Source: Lentisphaeria bacterium
Lineage (GTDB): Bacteria > Verrucomicrobiota > Lentisphaeria > JABSQK01 > JAWLHB01
Direction: 5' to 3'
Assembly (NCBI GenBank): GCA_041690595.1
Contig: JAWLHB010000015.1
Coordinates: forward strand, 124,001-161,874
Length of the DNA: 37,874 nt
Position 1 is the first letter of the stretch. Every line of letters begins with the position of its first letter. Made by a program: the position numbers and the translations under genes. The notes below the pieces were generated by a model that saw only the letters and a program-made list of their open reading frames with translations, was not told the origin of the DNA and searched no databases. Shown piece after piece: positions 25,925 through 37,100 of the stretch.

Positions 25925-26713
25925 GTGATCACCCACGGTCTTCAGGTCTTCTTCTGTGGACTGGCCCTGGTGACGATCCTCATGCATGCGGTTCGGCCAA
26001 GCCAGTGTCGCAAACTGTGCGCGGTGACCATGGTCGTCTTGAGCGTAGCCAGCATTCTGGGCTCCGTGAGTCGTGACGTGCTTATCCCGGAGAGCGCATC
26101 GCCCACCCCACGCACAATTCTGTTGCAGGCAAACACCAATTCCAGATGCCGCGATCTTGGCGGCCATATCGGCGAATGCTACCCGGATGAGGATGTTCTT
26201 CTTCTGCTCCCCATCCTCGAGGATCAGATCGATATGGATCACGCGGCACGACTCTTTCAGAATGCCTACACTCAGGCTGGAGGAACAGGAATGATCCGCA
26301 CGGCAAGGGTCGCCCCCGCCACGGCCTATCCGGCGTTGTATCAGGGGGGGGCCGTAACCGCCGAGATCGAAAACCTCAGCCGCACCCTGGCAAATGAATT
26401 CGATCTCCTCATTGCTCCGCCATCGCCAATGCCGGACATCGTGGCTGACATGGCCGGCTTGAGCGTCGGCTTCAATCCGCGGTATTCCAGCACCTTCCAG
26501 ATTCGAACACCAAGACCAGTCATCATACTCGCCAACGGACAGCCGCTCGAGGAGCTGGAGCCACTTCTCGAACAGAAATGGATCGAGGAAGTGCAAGTGG
26601 CGATTCCCGGATACGGCTGCATGTATATCCGCCACGACAACCTGCGGGAGTCGCTCCTTGACTACCAGAACGCCACCTGTTCTCCCGGAATTCCGCCCCC
26701 AGTCATCCCGTAG
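25925..26713 (+). CDS. Hypothetical protein with N-terminal hydrophobic segments
   Basis: 262-aa ORF filling the gap between sodN and the methyltransferase, GAGGAGG RBS before the GTG start. No recognised motif. Confidence 0.55.
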   Translation: MITHGLQVFFCGLALVTILMHAVRPSQCRKLCAVTMVVLSVASILGSVSRDVLIPESASPTPRTILLQANTNSRCRDLGGHIGECYPDEDVLLLLPILEDQIDMDHAARLFQNAYTQAGGTGMIRTARVAPATAYPALYQGGAVTAEIENLSRTLANEFDLLIAPPSPMPDIVADMAGLSVGFNPRYSSTFQIRTPRPVIILANGQPLEELEPLLEQKWIEEVQVAIPGYGCMYIRHDNLRESLLDYQNATCSPGIPPPVIP

Positions 26714-27590
26714 CGCGGGCGGATCGTGCTTGCCCGCGTATTACCGCGTCGGGTGAGGAAAGGGCTTCGATCCAGCCCTGCCTGTCGGTGCGGACGGCCA
26801 CGTAGTTGGCCCACAGCAGGTCATCGTCGCGCCGCTCATAACGCTTGAAGTGGACACCATCCGGGAAGAGCTTGCCGAGGACAAAGCCGTGCCCCTCGAG
26901 GAGGCGATAGAAATCCTTAAGCAGGAAGTGAGTGTCATGAGCGATACCGGAATACTCAAACTGGATCATGCCGACACGACCGGCGCTCAGCAACTCTTCG
27001 AGGCCGGCGAGGACGAGGTGCTCCATCCCCTCAACATCGATTTTCAAGAGGTCGATGCGCTGGTGACCGTGTTCGCGGGCGAAGGCGTCGCCGCGGACTA
27101 CCTTTCCCTCGAGCTTCTCGGTAGGAACGTGAGGCAGGGGATGTGCGGCGCTGAGCTGGTCGTTGTTGGGGGAGTACCAAACTTCGACATCGGCCTCGCA
27201 GTCGCCCATGCCCAGAGGCCATGGCTGGATCTCCGGGACACTGCGGATGTTGTCGACGAGTTTCCGATAAATTGGGGCGCAGAGTTCGAAGGCATGGATG
27301 TGGGCGGCAGGCAAGTACCGATGAGCGGCGAGCGACCACTCGCCCCGGTTGGCACCGACGTCGTAGATTACCTCGAATTCGGGGGCCAGAGGGGCGAGTT
27401 GCTCAAGCAGGTGGCACTCTCCGTTGGTGGCGAGATCGAAGTCGCGGTTGTCGACGGTATCGCAGAAATCGCGAGCGAAGACATAAAGCAGGCGAGTGAG
27501 ACGAGCGTGGCGGTGTCTGGCGACCCGGCGGGAAAGGCGGAACAGGGGTTGTATAATGCCGCGGCGCAACAGGTTGGCCATAGGAGTCAT
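26703..27590 (-). CDS. FkbM family SAM-dependent methyltransferase
   Basis: 'NGE..LL', 'IYDVGANRGEW', 'IHAFE', 'IDLLKIDVEGMEHLVLAG' and 'IQFEY'. Confidence 0.92.
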   Translation of the reverse strand: MTPMANLLRRGIIQPLFRLSRRVARHRHARLTRLLYVFARDFCDTVDNRDFDLATNGECHLLEQLAPLAPEFEVIYDVGANRGEWSLAAHRYLPAAHIHAFELCAPIYRKLVDNIRSVPEIQPWPLGMGDCEADVEVWYSPNNDQLSAAHPLPHVPTEKLEGKVVRGDAFAREHGHQRIDLLKIDVEGMEHLVLAGLEELLSAGRVGMIQFEYSGIAHDTHFLLKDFYRLLEGHGFVLGKLFPDGVHFKRYERRDDDLLWANYVAVRTDRQGWIEALSSPDAVIRGQARSARATG

Positions 27591-27804
27591 CTTTCTATCG
27601 CTGAGGTTTGGATTGCCGAGCGGGCGCGATGGCTGCTCATCTCGGCGGCAACTATAGCGGCTCGTGCCTGGGTTTCAAGCTTCCTTGTTGACCGACAATG
27701 CCTCCATCCGCCCCATGGACCACGATGGATCCGCTTGCATTTCTGCGCGGCAGGTGGATCTTAACCGCTTGCACACCGGGCGGAGAACCTTCGGGGAACA
27801 GAGC

Positions 27805-28950
27805 ATGAACGAGAGCAATGAAGTCGCCCTGCGCAAGGGCGTTGTCAGCGGCATTCGCCGCGTCGTGGTAAAGGTCGGCTCGCGACTGCTGACCGACATG
27901 AAAGAGCAAGACAAGCAGCAACGGATCGAGCAGCTGGTCGCGCAACTGCACCTCCTGAGGCAGCGTCACATTGAGGTCATCCTGGTAACATCGGGAGCGA
28001 TCGGCGCGGGCATCAAGCTGCTCGGCCACAAGAAGCGACCGACGGATCTTGGCCGGCTGCAGGCACTGGCCGCCATCGGTCAGAGCCGCCTCATGTCGCT
28101 TTATGAACGCGCCTGTCAGCATCATGGTTTTCATTGTGGTCAGATGCTCCTTTCCGCCGACGATGTCAAGGACCGAAAGCGCCACCTGAACATCCGCAAC
28201 TGCCTGTCGGCCCTCCTCTGCAACGGCGTGCTGCCCATCATCAACGAGAATGACACGGTCAGTGTGGAAGAGATCTGTTTTGGCGACAACGATCGGTTGG
28301 CGGCCCTTGTTGGCTCGATGGTCCGGGCAGAGTTGACGGTGCTGCTGACGACGGTCGATGGGCTGCGGCAGCGGCAGGGAACGCAGCTGGGCGAGCGGAT
28401 CAGTGTCGTGCGTGAGATCACTCCCGCCATTCGCGCTCTGGCCGGCGGTACCGACGGCAACATTTTTTCCACAGGTGGCATGGGCAGCAAGATACATGCG
28501 GCGGAGATCACCGTCGCCAGCGGCGAAAACCTCTGGATCGTTGACGGAACGGATTTCTCCGTCCTGCAGCGAGTATTCGAAGCGGAAGACATCGGCACTC
28601 TCTTCATGCCCAGCGTGGCGCGCATGTCGGGCAGCAAACGCTATCTCGCCTTCTTTTCTGATCCGGTCGGGCGAGTGGTCATCGACGCGGGGGCGGTCCG
28701 AGCGCTTCGCGAAGGGGGAAAGAGCCTGCTGCCCAGCGGCATTCTTTCCGTACACGGCAGCTTCGAGAAAGGCGATACGCTGCACATCGAAAACGAGAGT
28801 GGCGGCAAGGTCGGTCTGGGGGTCAGCAACTATGGTGCCGGGGACCTTAACCGTATCAAGGGCTTGAAATTGGCCCAGATCGCCGGTATTCTCGGAAGAG
28901 ACGCCTACGACGAGGCGATTCACCGGGATAACCTGGTGGTTCTTGATTAA
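27805..28950 (+). CDS. proB: Glutamate 5-kinase with PUA domain
   Basis: 'VVVKVGSRLL', 'VTSGAI', 'QALAAIGQ', 'PIINENDTV', 'FGDNDRL', 'TGGMGSKI', and PUA domain 'GKSLLPSG...IHRDNLV'. Confidence 0.97.
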   Translation: MNESNEVALRKGVVSGIRRVVVKVGSRLLTDMKEQDKQQRIEQLVAQLHLLRQRHIEVILVTSGAIGAGIKLLGHKKRPTDLGRLQALAAIGQSRLMSLYERACQHHGFHCGQMLLSADDVKDRKRHLNIRNCLSALLCNGVLPIINENDTVSVEEICFGDNDRLAALVGSMVRAELTVLLTTVDGLRQRQGTQLGERISVVREITPAIRALAGGTDGNIFSTGGMGSKIHAAEITVASGENLWIVDGTDFSVLQRVFEAEDIGTLFMPSVARMSGSKRYLAFFSDPVGRVVIDAGAVRALREGGKSLLPSGILSVHGSFEKGDTLHIENESGGKVGLGVSNYGAGDLNRIKGLKLAQIAGILGRDAYDEAIHRDNLVVLD

Positions 28951-29006
28951 CCCGGCCGGCCTCGTTTGACGAGTGCCGCATGACGACGATGAAGGAGTGT
29001 GTACTG

Positions 29007-29732
29007 ATGCAGCGTGAGGATAACCGCCAGGCAGACGAATTGCGCCCGATAAAGATCACCCGTGACTTCCAGTCGCATCCGGCCGGGTCCGTGCTGATCG
29101 AAATGGGTCGCACGCGGGTTATCTGCGCTGTCTCCATTCAGTTCAACGTGCCGCACTGGATGCGCGCGCAGAATGTCCCCGGCGCTTGGCTGACGGGCGA
29201 ATACTCGATGCTTCCTTCTGCTACCGGCGATCGGAAGATGCGCGAAGCGACCGCTGGCAAGCCACAGGGGCGGACGCAGGAGATTCAGCGGTTGATCGGC
29301 CGCAGTCTGCGCGCCGCGGTCGACCTCAAGCAGCTCGGCGCTTTCACCCTCTATGTCGACTGCGACGTCATCGAGGCGGATGGTGGGACTCGTTGCGCCA
29401 GCATCACCGGCGCGGCGGTCGCCCTTCAGCTTGCCATGCGCAAGCTCTTTCTTGAGGGCCGCCTCAAGAATCTGCCGGAGATCAAGCCCGTTGCCGCCGT
29501 GAGCGTCGGCATCGTCGATGGCCTTCCGCTGCTCGACCTCTGTTATAAGGAAGATGCCGCCGCCGATGTCGACATGAACGTCGTCATGAATGGCGACGGG
29601 AAGTACATCGAAGTGCAGGGCACGGCCGAAGAGAAGCCCTTTACCCGCGCGCAGAGCAACAGCATGCTCGATCTCGCCGAGAAGGGCATCAAGCAGCTCT
29701 TCGAGTGCCAGAAGAAAGCTTTGAAGATCTGA
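29007..29732 (+). CDS. rph: Ribonuclease PH
   Basis: 'GSVLIEMG.TRVIC', 'EYSMLP', 'GRTQEIQRLIGRSLR', 'CDVIEADGGTRCASITG' and 'EVQGTAE'. AAGGAG RBS. Confidence 0.98.
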   Translation: MQREDNRQADELRPIKITRDFQSHPAGSVLIEMGRTRVICAVSIQFNVPHWMRAQNVPGAWLTGEYSMLPSATGDRKMREATAGKPQGRTQEIQRLIGRSLRAAVDLKQLGAFTLYVDCDVIEADGGTRCASITGAAVALQLAMRKLFLEGRLKNLPEIKPVAAVSVGIVDGLPLLDLCYKEDAAADVDMNVVMNGDGKYIEVQGTAEEKPFTRAQSNSMLDLAEKGIKQLFECQKKALKI

Positions 29733-29904
29733 TTTGTGGCGGCACGTCCTCCCTCGCCACGAGCGGCAGGCTTGATCCTGGCACCGGCTTCGAGTAGCTT
29801 GAAGAATGCCGGGAAGAGGCCAAGGCTCCATGATGTGCGGAGCCTGGGTGAATGCGAATCCGGCCGGGTGGATCGGCATGACACCCGGTGCAGGTGAGGC
29901 AGGT

Positions 29905-31110
29905 ATGTACGATCTGGTGCTCCTGATTGTGGGCGTCGCTCTCGGCGTGGCGGCGGCGTGTTTGCGGGTGCTGAAGCGGTTGCCCATCTCTCTCCCCATG
30001 GTATACGTTGCCGTGGGGCTGCTGTTGGCAACCGTATGGCGGCGCCCCTTCCACTTCGATCCCGTCGAGCATGGCCATTTTGCGGAGCGTCTCACCGAAC
30101 TCGCGGTTATCATCTCGCTCATGAGTGCCGGCCTGAAGCTGGATCGGCCGGCGGGTTGGCGCAACTGGAAGTCGACCTGGCGCCTGCTGGTCGTCACCAT
30201 GCCGCTCTGCATCGTCGCGCTCGCTCTCAGCTGCGGCTGGGGAACCGGGCTGCCGCTGGCGGCAGCCGTCCTGCTTGGAGCGGCAATCGCGCCAACGGAT
30301 CCCGTTCTCGCGTCAAGCGTTCAGGTAGGGCCACCGGGCGAGGGAGACGAGAATGAGCCGCGCTTCGCGTTGACCAGCGAGGCGGGTCTCAATGACGGTC
30401 TGGCCTTCCCGTTCGTCAACCTCGCCATTGTCCTGGCTGCCACAGGCCTTGCGCCGGACGGGCTCCTGCACTGGTTTGGTATCGACCTGGTCTGGCGGAT
30501 CGCCGTCGCGGTGGTGATCGGATCGATTACGGGGCACTGCTTCGCGCTGATCATGTTTCGCTGCTGTTCACCGGGGAGCGGCTCGGGTGGGTTCGTGGCA
30601 GTCGCTCTGACCCTCCTGGCCTATGGCAGTACGCAGTTGGCCAATGGGTATGGGTTCATCGGCGTTTTTGTGGCGGCCCTCTGGTTTCGGCGCTACGAGC
30701 GAGAGCATGAGTACCACAAGGACGTTCACAAAGCCTCCGAGAAGCTGGAGCATGGGCTGATGGTCCTGATCCTCGTCCTTTTCGGCGCCGCGATCGCGGA
30801 TGGTCTGCTCTCCACTCTGAGCTGGCAGGTGGTTCTTGTGGGCCTGGGGTTCCTGCTGGTTGTACGGCCTGCAGCGGGTATGCTTGGCCTCCTCCGCATG
30901 AACACCCGCCGCAGTCATCGCCTGGTCATCGCCGTTTACGGTATTCGTGGTATCGGCACCTTCTATTATCTGGCCCATGGACTCAATCAAATCGGGTTCG
31001 GCGGCGAACTGGCCCAGGAGCTCTGGGGCATGGCCGGATTCATCGTCCTCGCCTCGATTGTCATGCACGGCATGACCGCATCGACCATCATGCGCCGCCT
31101 TGACGCCTGA
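29905..31110 (+). CDS. Cation:proton antiporter (CPA1/NhaP-like)
   Basis: About 11-12 TM helices, 'APTDPVLASSV', 'LTSEAGLNDGLAFPF', 'VRP' and 'GIRGIGTFYYL'. Confidence 0.93.
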   Translation: MYDLVLLIVGVALGVAAACLRVLKRLPISLPMVYVAVGLLLATVWRRPFHFDPVEHGHFAERLTELAVIISLMSAGLKLDRPAGWRNWKSTWRLLVVTMPLCIVALALSCGWGTGLPLAAAVLLGAAIAPTDPVLASSVQVGPPGEGDENEPRFALTSEAGLNDGLAFPFVNLAIVLAATGLAPDGLLHWFGIDLVWRIAVAVVIGSITGHCFALIMFRCCSPGSGSGGFVAVALTLLAYGSTQLANGYGFIGVFVAALWFRRYEREHEYHKDVHKASEKLEHGLMVLILVLFGAAIADGLLSTLSWQVVLVGLGFLLVVRPAAGMLGLLRMNTRRSHRLVIAVYGIRGIGTFYYLAHGLNQIGFGGELAQELWGMAGFIVLASIVMHGMTASTIMRRLDA

Positions 31111-31115
31111 AGGTG

Positions 31116-34100
31116 TCAGCGAAGACGCAGACGACTGTTGACCTGTGCCCGCAGACGATCGATGGCCTCCCTGGCACTTTCTTCGTTATCCAGGGTGGTA
31201 CCGGTCTCCGCTACGTTGATGCCAAGCGTCATCGTGCCGATGGTCAGCTCCTGTCCCGCCCGCTGGTTTCGGTAGAATCCCGACATCGAAACGGGGATGG
31301 TTCCTTCGATGCCGAAGACCGGCAGCATGTTGCCGGTCTTGGCGCCATACAGGAGCTGGAAGCTCAGATCCGGGTTCTCCGCACTGGCGCCGATGGTAGC
31401 AATGCTTTCATACGGCACCCCAAGTTCAAGCACGGAATACATCATGCCGGGATTGCCGCTCCACACTTCGACGGTGGATTGCAGGCCGCTCCCCTCATTC
31501 GCATAGAGCACCGCAACCGCTTCGCGAGCCGCCGGCGCAATGGCGACATAGCCGGTGTAGGTGATGGTCGTGATGCTGCCATCGTGCCGAAGGCGGGTTG
31601 CCGGCAAGGAAAGATTGTAGACGCGCACCAGATCTTCGATTGCCCCCGCTTCCGTCTCGGGCGTGACCGCGACAGTCTCCGGCGGCAAGGTGCCGAAAAG
31701 ATCCTCATAGACCAGATTGACCGCGCGTTCATGCGGCAGGTTGGCGCCGTTGAGGATACTGGTCTCTTCTGGGGCAAAGCGGGCTGTCAGTGCCAGCAGC
31801 CGCAGCAGGCCGGGATCCGCGGTGCCATCGTAGGCTTCGCCACTGAGCGCGATCGGTATGCTCAGCGTCTCGCCGTTGCCGGTGCCGACGTCGTCTACGA
31901 TCGTCCCGAGCAAGCGCCGGTACGCATAGCTGTCGACAATCCCGTCGGTGCCGGTGCTCATTGCGGTACTCAAGGAGAAGTTGTTCGAGAGTCCACTCAA
32001 CTGGTCGATCACCAGCTTGCCGTCGTGCCAGCGCTCGATCCCGCCCTGCAGCGGATTGCTGTTGGCATGGTACCAGACCATCGTCGCCAACTGGTGCGCC
32101 GGCGTGTAGACCAGCCAGCCTATCTTGCTGACTGCCGCCGGGCCGGGTCCATAGCTGCCGCCGCGAATCGTCATCGCGTAGAGCACGTGCTGGGAGGCGT
32201 CGTTCTCCGTGACGATGACAAAGCCCAGCCCGCCATTTCCGAAGGTGCCCCCCGCCACATCGCTGAGGCGGATGTTGAAGACTTCGTTGAGCCCCTCGGC
32301 TTCGCTGTCGTCAAGGGTCTGGACCGTAAAGGTCTTGGGGCCGGACTCGAAAGCCTCCCAGGTCAAGGTGCCGCTGGTGGGGATGTAATCCGATCCGGCG
32401 GTCGCCGTATTGTCCTCGGTGGCATACTGCACGGAGACAGGCTCGAAGCTCCTGGTGGGCATGTTGACGGTAATTGTCACCAAGCCACCTTCCTCGACTT
32501 CCGCGTCCTCCACCGTTACCATCGGCTGTGGCTCATCGTCCTGCAGCGTCACCAAGGCAGTGGTCGTGCCGATATCGGTCGTGCCGATCTCCCCATCCTG
32601 GTGGGAATCGAAGTTGCTGATCTGGACGAGGATAAACTTGAGCGGCTCGTAGTAATCGTTGTCGATGAGCGGAATGGCAAAAGTCAGTTCGCCAGTCTCT
32701 TCGGGCTGCCAGGTGAGGGTTCCGCTGGCCGGCGTATAATCCTCGCCCACGACCGCGGTTCCTCCGATTGTCGCATAGTCGACGCTGGTCGGGAAGTTGC
32801 TGCGACCGGTCATGCGCACCGTGACCAGCCCTTCGCCGTCGCTCTCCAGGACCGTCACGTCGAGAATATCGATGGTGACATCGGGATCGGTGTCGATGAT
32901 GGTGATCTCGGCACGGTCCCCAGACAGCAGGGCGTTGACCGGCGACTCCAGGACCACGGCAAAGCTCTCATTCGGCTCCTGTTCGTAGATGTCGTCATTG
33001 ATCAGGGGGATGGTGATCGTCCGCTCACCTGTCTCTCCCGGCTGCCAGGCCAGCACGCCGGAGGCCGTCTGGAAGTCCTTGCCTCCGATTGCCGTGGCAT
33101 CGATGCTCTCGTAGCCGACCCAGACGACGCTGGATGAAAGCCCGGTCATCGTCGCCGTCAGCCGGATCGCGCCACTCGGCTCCTCCTCGGACACCTCCAA
33201 CGATTCGGCGATGCTCACGGTCGGGATCTCGTCATCCACGATCGTGCCGTATGCCGTTCCGCGATAGATGGTGAGCCCCTGCGGGTTGAGCAGCGTGATG
33301 ACAACGTGTTCGTCGATCTCGGCCAGATCGTCATCGAGCACCGGCACGGAGAAGGTCCGGAAGCCGCTTTCGCCGGGCAACCAGGTCAAGGTGCCCGAAA
33401 CTGGTGTGTAGTCGTCGTCGGCGGTGGCAGTACCATCTTCCACCACGTAGTCTACCGAAACTGGCTGCTGGCTGTTGCCCCAGAGCTGGCAGGTCACGGT
33501 CGCCAGACCGCCGGCTTCATGCACGCGCGTATCCAGCACGCTGACGGAGGGGGCCAGGTCATCGTCGAGGATCGTGACGGTCGCTTCGCCACGAGTGGAT
33601 CCGGCGGCCACGAGGGTGCGGAAGAGCACGCGGAAGCTCTCATCCGCCTCGACCACATTGTCGGCGATGATCGGGATTTCGATCGTCTTGGCGCCGGTCG
33701 TGCCGGGCTGCCAGGTCAGGTTGCCCGAGACCGCAACGTAGTCGACGTCGACCTGCGCGGTGCCGGGTTCCGTCGCGTACTCGATCGTCACGGGTGCCTG
33801 GCTCTTGCCGCTCATGGTGACGGTCCCTCTGGCGATTGACTGCGCGGCGCCGCTCGAGCTTTCCGACACCTGTGTCCCCGCGATGGCAAAGGTCGGCGGG
33901 CTTTCATTGTCAACGATGGTAATCACGCCCACGAGCTGGTCGATGTTGGCGTTCACGGAGTTGCTGAGGGTGACGAGGATGGATTCCGCTCCCTCGTACA
34001 GGTCGTCGTCGATCAACTGCACGTTGAAGCTCTTGATGCCGGATTCGCCGGGCAACCAGCGGATGGTGCCGCCGATCGGCACAAAGTCGAGCCCCGGCGT

Positions 34101-37100
34101 GGCAGTCCTGCCGGTGACCTGCACGTTGACGGAGACGGCCAGGGCGCTCGGGGTGTCCAGTCGCACCTGCACAGGCACCAGTGCCGTGGCTTCGCCATAG
34201 CTGACATCTATCGCGCTCACCTGAGAGCTGTCATTGTCGATGATGCGTACCTGCCCCTGCCCCTTGACCACCTCAGCATTCGAGGCATTGAGGATGGCGA
34301 CGATGACTGTCTCATTGGTCTCCGACAGATTGTCTTCGAGAACCGTGATGGTGAAGGTGCGATCGCCGCTCTCGCCTGGCAACCAGACAAAGCTTCCGGC
34401 ATTGCCGACATAGTCGACGTCGCTGATTGCGGTACCGTCACTGGTTGCATACGTGGCCTCTACCTGGCGGTCGGTCTGTCCGGTCATGCGAATGGTGACG
34501 ATGCCGGTACCGTCTCCTTCGTCAATGGTGCTGTCAACCACCTCCAGAGTGGGCGCCGCATCGTCATTGCGGATCGTCACGGTGACCTGGCCCAGTGAAG
34601 TATCGCCGCTGCTGTACTGGACCGTCAGGTTTTCGTCATCCTCGTGAATCTCGTCATTGACGATGGCGATGCCGATTTGTCTTGGCGCGGTATCGAGTGG
34701 AGGCCAGGTGAGGGTTCCCGATGCGGATGCATAGTCGCCGGGTGTGCTGGCAGTACCATCCACCGTGACATACTGGATGCTGATCGGCAGACTGCTCGGC
34801 CCACTGAGGCTGAAGGTCAGGGTAGCCATACCGTTGAAGATCGATTCCGCGACGGAGAGGTCGGCCACCATCACGGTCGGCTCCACTTCATCGTCAAGAA
34901 TCGTCAGCGTGCCGGTGCCGTTCGCCAGGAGTGCTCCAACTGGATTGCTCAACAGGAGTTGTGCCGTCTCAGTCGGTTCATATATGCTGTCGTTGATCAG
35001 GGGAACCTGGACTATCTGCGTGCCGGTGGTGCCGGGCGACCAACTGAGCACCTGCGTAACCTGCTGATAGTCGATCCCATTGCGTGCGGCAATGTCACTC
35101 ATGCTGAAGCGTACGCTGATGGGGGAGGCGCTGCGTCCAGTCAAGGTGACCGCGACATTCGCCGGTCCCTGATTCTCCGCCACCTCCAGGCCGGCGACGC
35201 TCAGCGTCGGCTGCGCATCGTCATCTTCCACGGTCAGGAGCATCGTCGTGTTCGCCAGTATGGCGTTGGAGGAGTCACGTACTTCATAGAGGAAGCTCTC
35301 GTTGCCTTCATACAGATCGTCGGGAACGATGGCGATGGAGAGGAGCTTGTCGGTCCTGTCACCGGGTTCCCAAGTCAGGGTGAAGGGGCCGGGCGCCACA
35401 TCGGTGGCTCCCGCTGCATCCCGAAGTTGCACGGTTACCGAAACCGGTTCGTCGCTGATGCCGTCGATCGCGACTGCGATCTGTGCCGTTTTCTGTGATT
35501 CCGAGACGATTGCGGACGTCGGCAGCAGCACCGTCGGCCGGTCGTTGTCGATGATGCGCAGGAGCGCATGACCGACAGCAATTTCGGCAAAGGCCGGTGT
35601 TGCCAACGTCAACTGAACAGTCTCCGTACCTTCGGCAACCGTGTCGTCCTGGGTGGTGACGAGCAGCGTGCGGCTGCCAGCCGTTCCCGGACTCCAGGAT
35701 ACCACCTGCTCCACCTGTCCGTAGTCGTCCGGTGCCGTCGCGGTGCCGTCGGCGGTGCTGAAGAGGACGCTGACGTCCGCCTGGCTCAGCCCGACCATGG
35801 TGATCGTCACTTCTGCTGCACCACCTTCCGTGACGACGGCATCGCCGATGCTGAGGGTGGGTGTGTTGTCGTTGTCGAGGATGGTTGCGGTGCCGGTCAG
35901 ATTCCGGGAGAGGTTCCGAAGGGTGAAGCTCTCGTTGGGTTCGTCCAGTTCATCGTCGAGGATGGTTACGGATATGGTGCGGGTGCCCTGTTCGCCGGCC
36001 GACCAGCCGATGCTCTCTACATGGGCCGCATAGTCGCTGCCGGCGATGGCGGTGCCGTCCTGGGTCGTGAAGGCGAGGGTTATGTCTTCGGCGAAGGCTC
36101 CGTTCAGATCGATGCTGAAGATCGCCGTTCCGTCACCTTCCCCGACTTGCGGGTTGCTGATGCTGAAGGTGGGCTCCGCCTCGTCGTCCAGCACCGTCAG
36201 CAGAAGCTCGTTGCCGGTGGTTGTCGCGCCAATCGTCTGGATGACGGTGAAGCTGTAGGCCCGCTCTCCCTGGTAGACTTCGTTGTCTATCACCGGGATG
36301 GTGAGCGTCCTGGCGGTCGTCTCGACGGGTGCCCACGTCAGCGTAAAGGGACCGGATCCGACCGCGTTCGCGCCGGCGGGATCGCTCAGCTCCAAGGTCA
36401 CGCTCACCGCCACATCGCTGATGCCGACGATTCCGATGCTGATTTCCGCGTTCCCCGCGTTTTCATTGACGCGTGCCGTCGCCGGGATCTCGATGCGCGG
36501 CTTGTCGTCGTCGAGGATGGTCAGCGTGGCCTGGCTGCTGACGAGAAGCGCGTTCACTGGTGTGCTCAATTGCAGCGAGACGGTCCTGCTTCCGTGCGCC
36601 ACGTCATTGTTGATCGTGGTCACCGGGACGTTGATCGTGCCGGTGCTGCCGGAGGTCCAGGTGAGGGTCTGGGTGACGCTGGTGTAGTCGGCCGGGGCCG
36701 TCGCGGTACCGTCGGCGGTGCTGAAGAGGACGCTGACGTCTGCTTGGCTCTGGCCAATCATCGTCACTGGGACCGTGGCCATTCCCCCTTCGATCACGGA
36801 GACGTCGCCGATGCTGAGGGTGGGTGTCGGGTCGTTGTCCTCGACCGTCACCGAGAAGCTGGAGGCGGAAAGGGCCGCATTCTGCAACTCCATCACCTGA
36901 TAGGTGAAGAGCTCCGTCCCCTCATGCCAGGTGTCGTCGACGACATCGAGTACCAGGTCGATGGGAGCGCTCTGCCCGGGCAACCAGGTAAGGGTGAAGG
37001 GACCAGAAGCGATATCGGCGGCTCCGGCGGCGCCGATCAGGCTGACGCCGATGCTTACCGGCGTGTCGCTGACGCCCGTTATCATAAAGGTAAGCGTGAC

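Noticed and set aside
27805..29732. proB without proA, and rph without rdgB
   Set aside because: Split arrangements are common and the partners may lie elsewhere in the genome.
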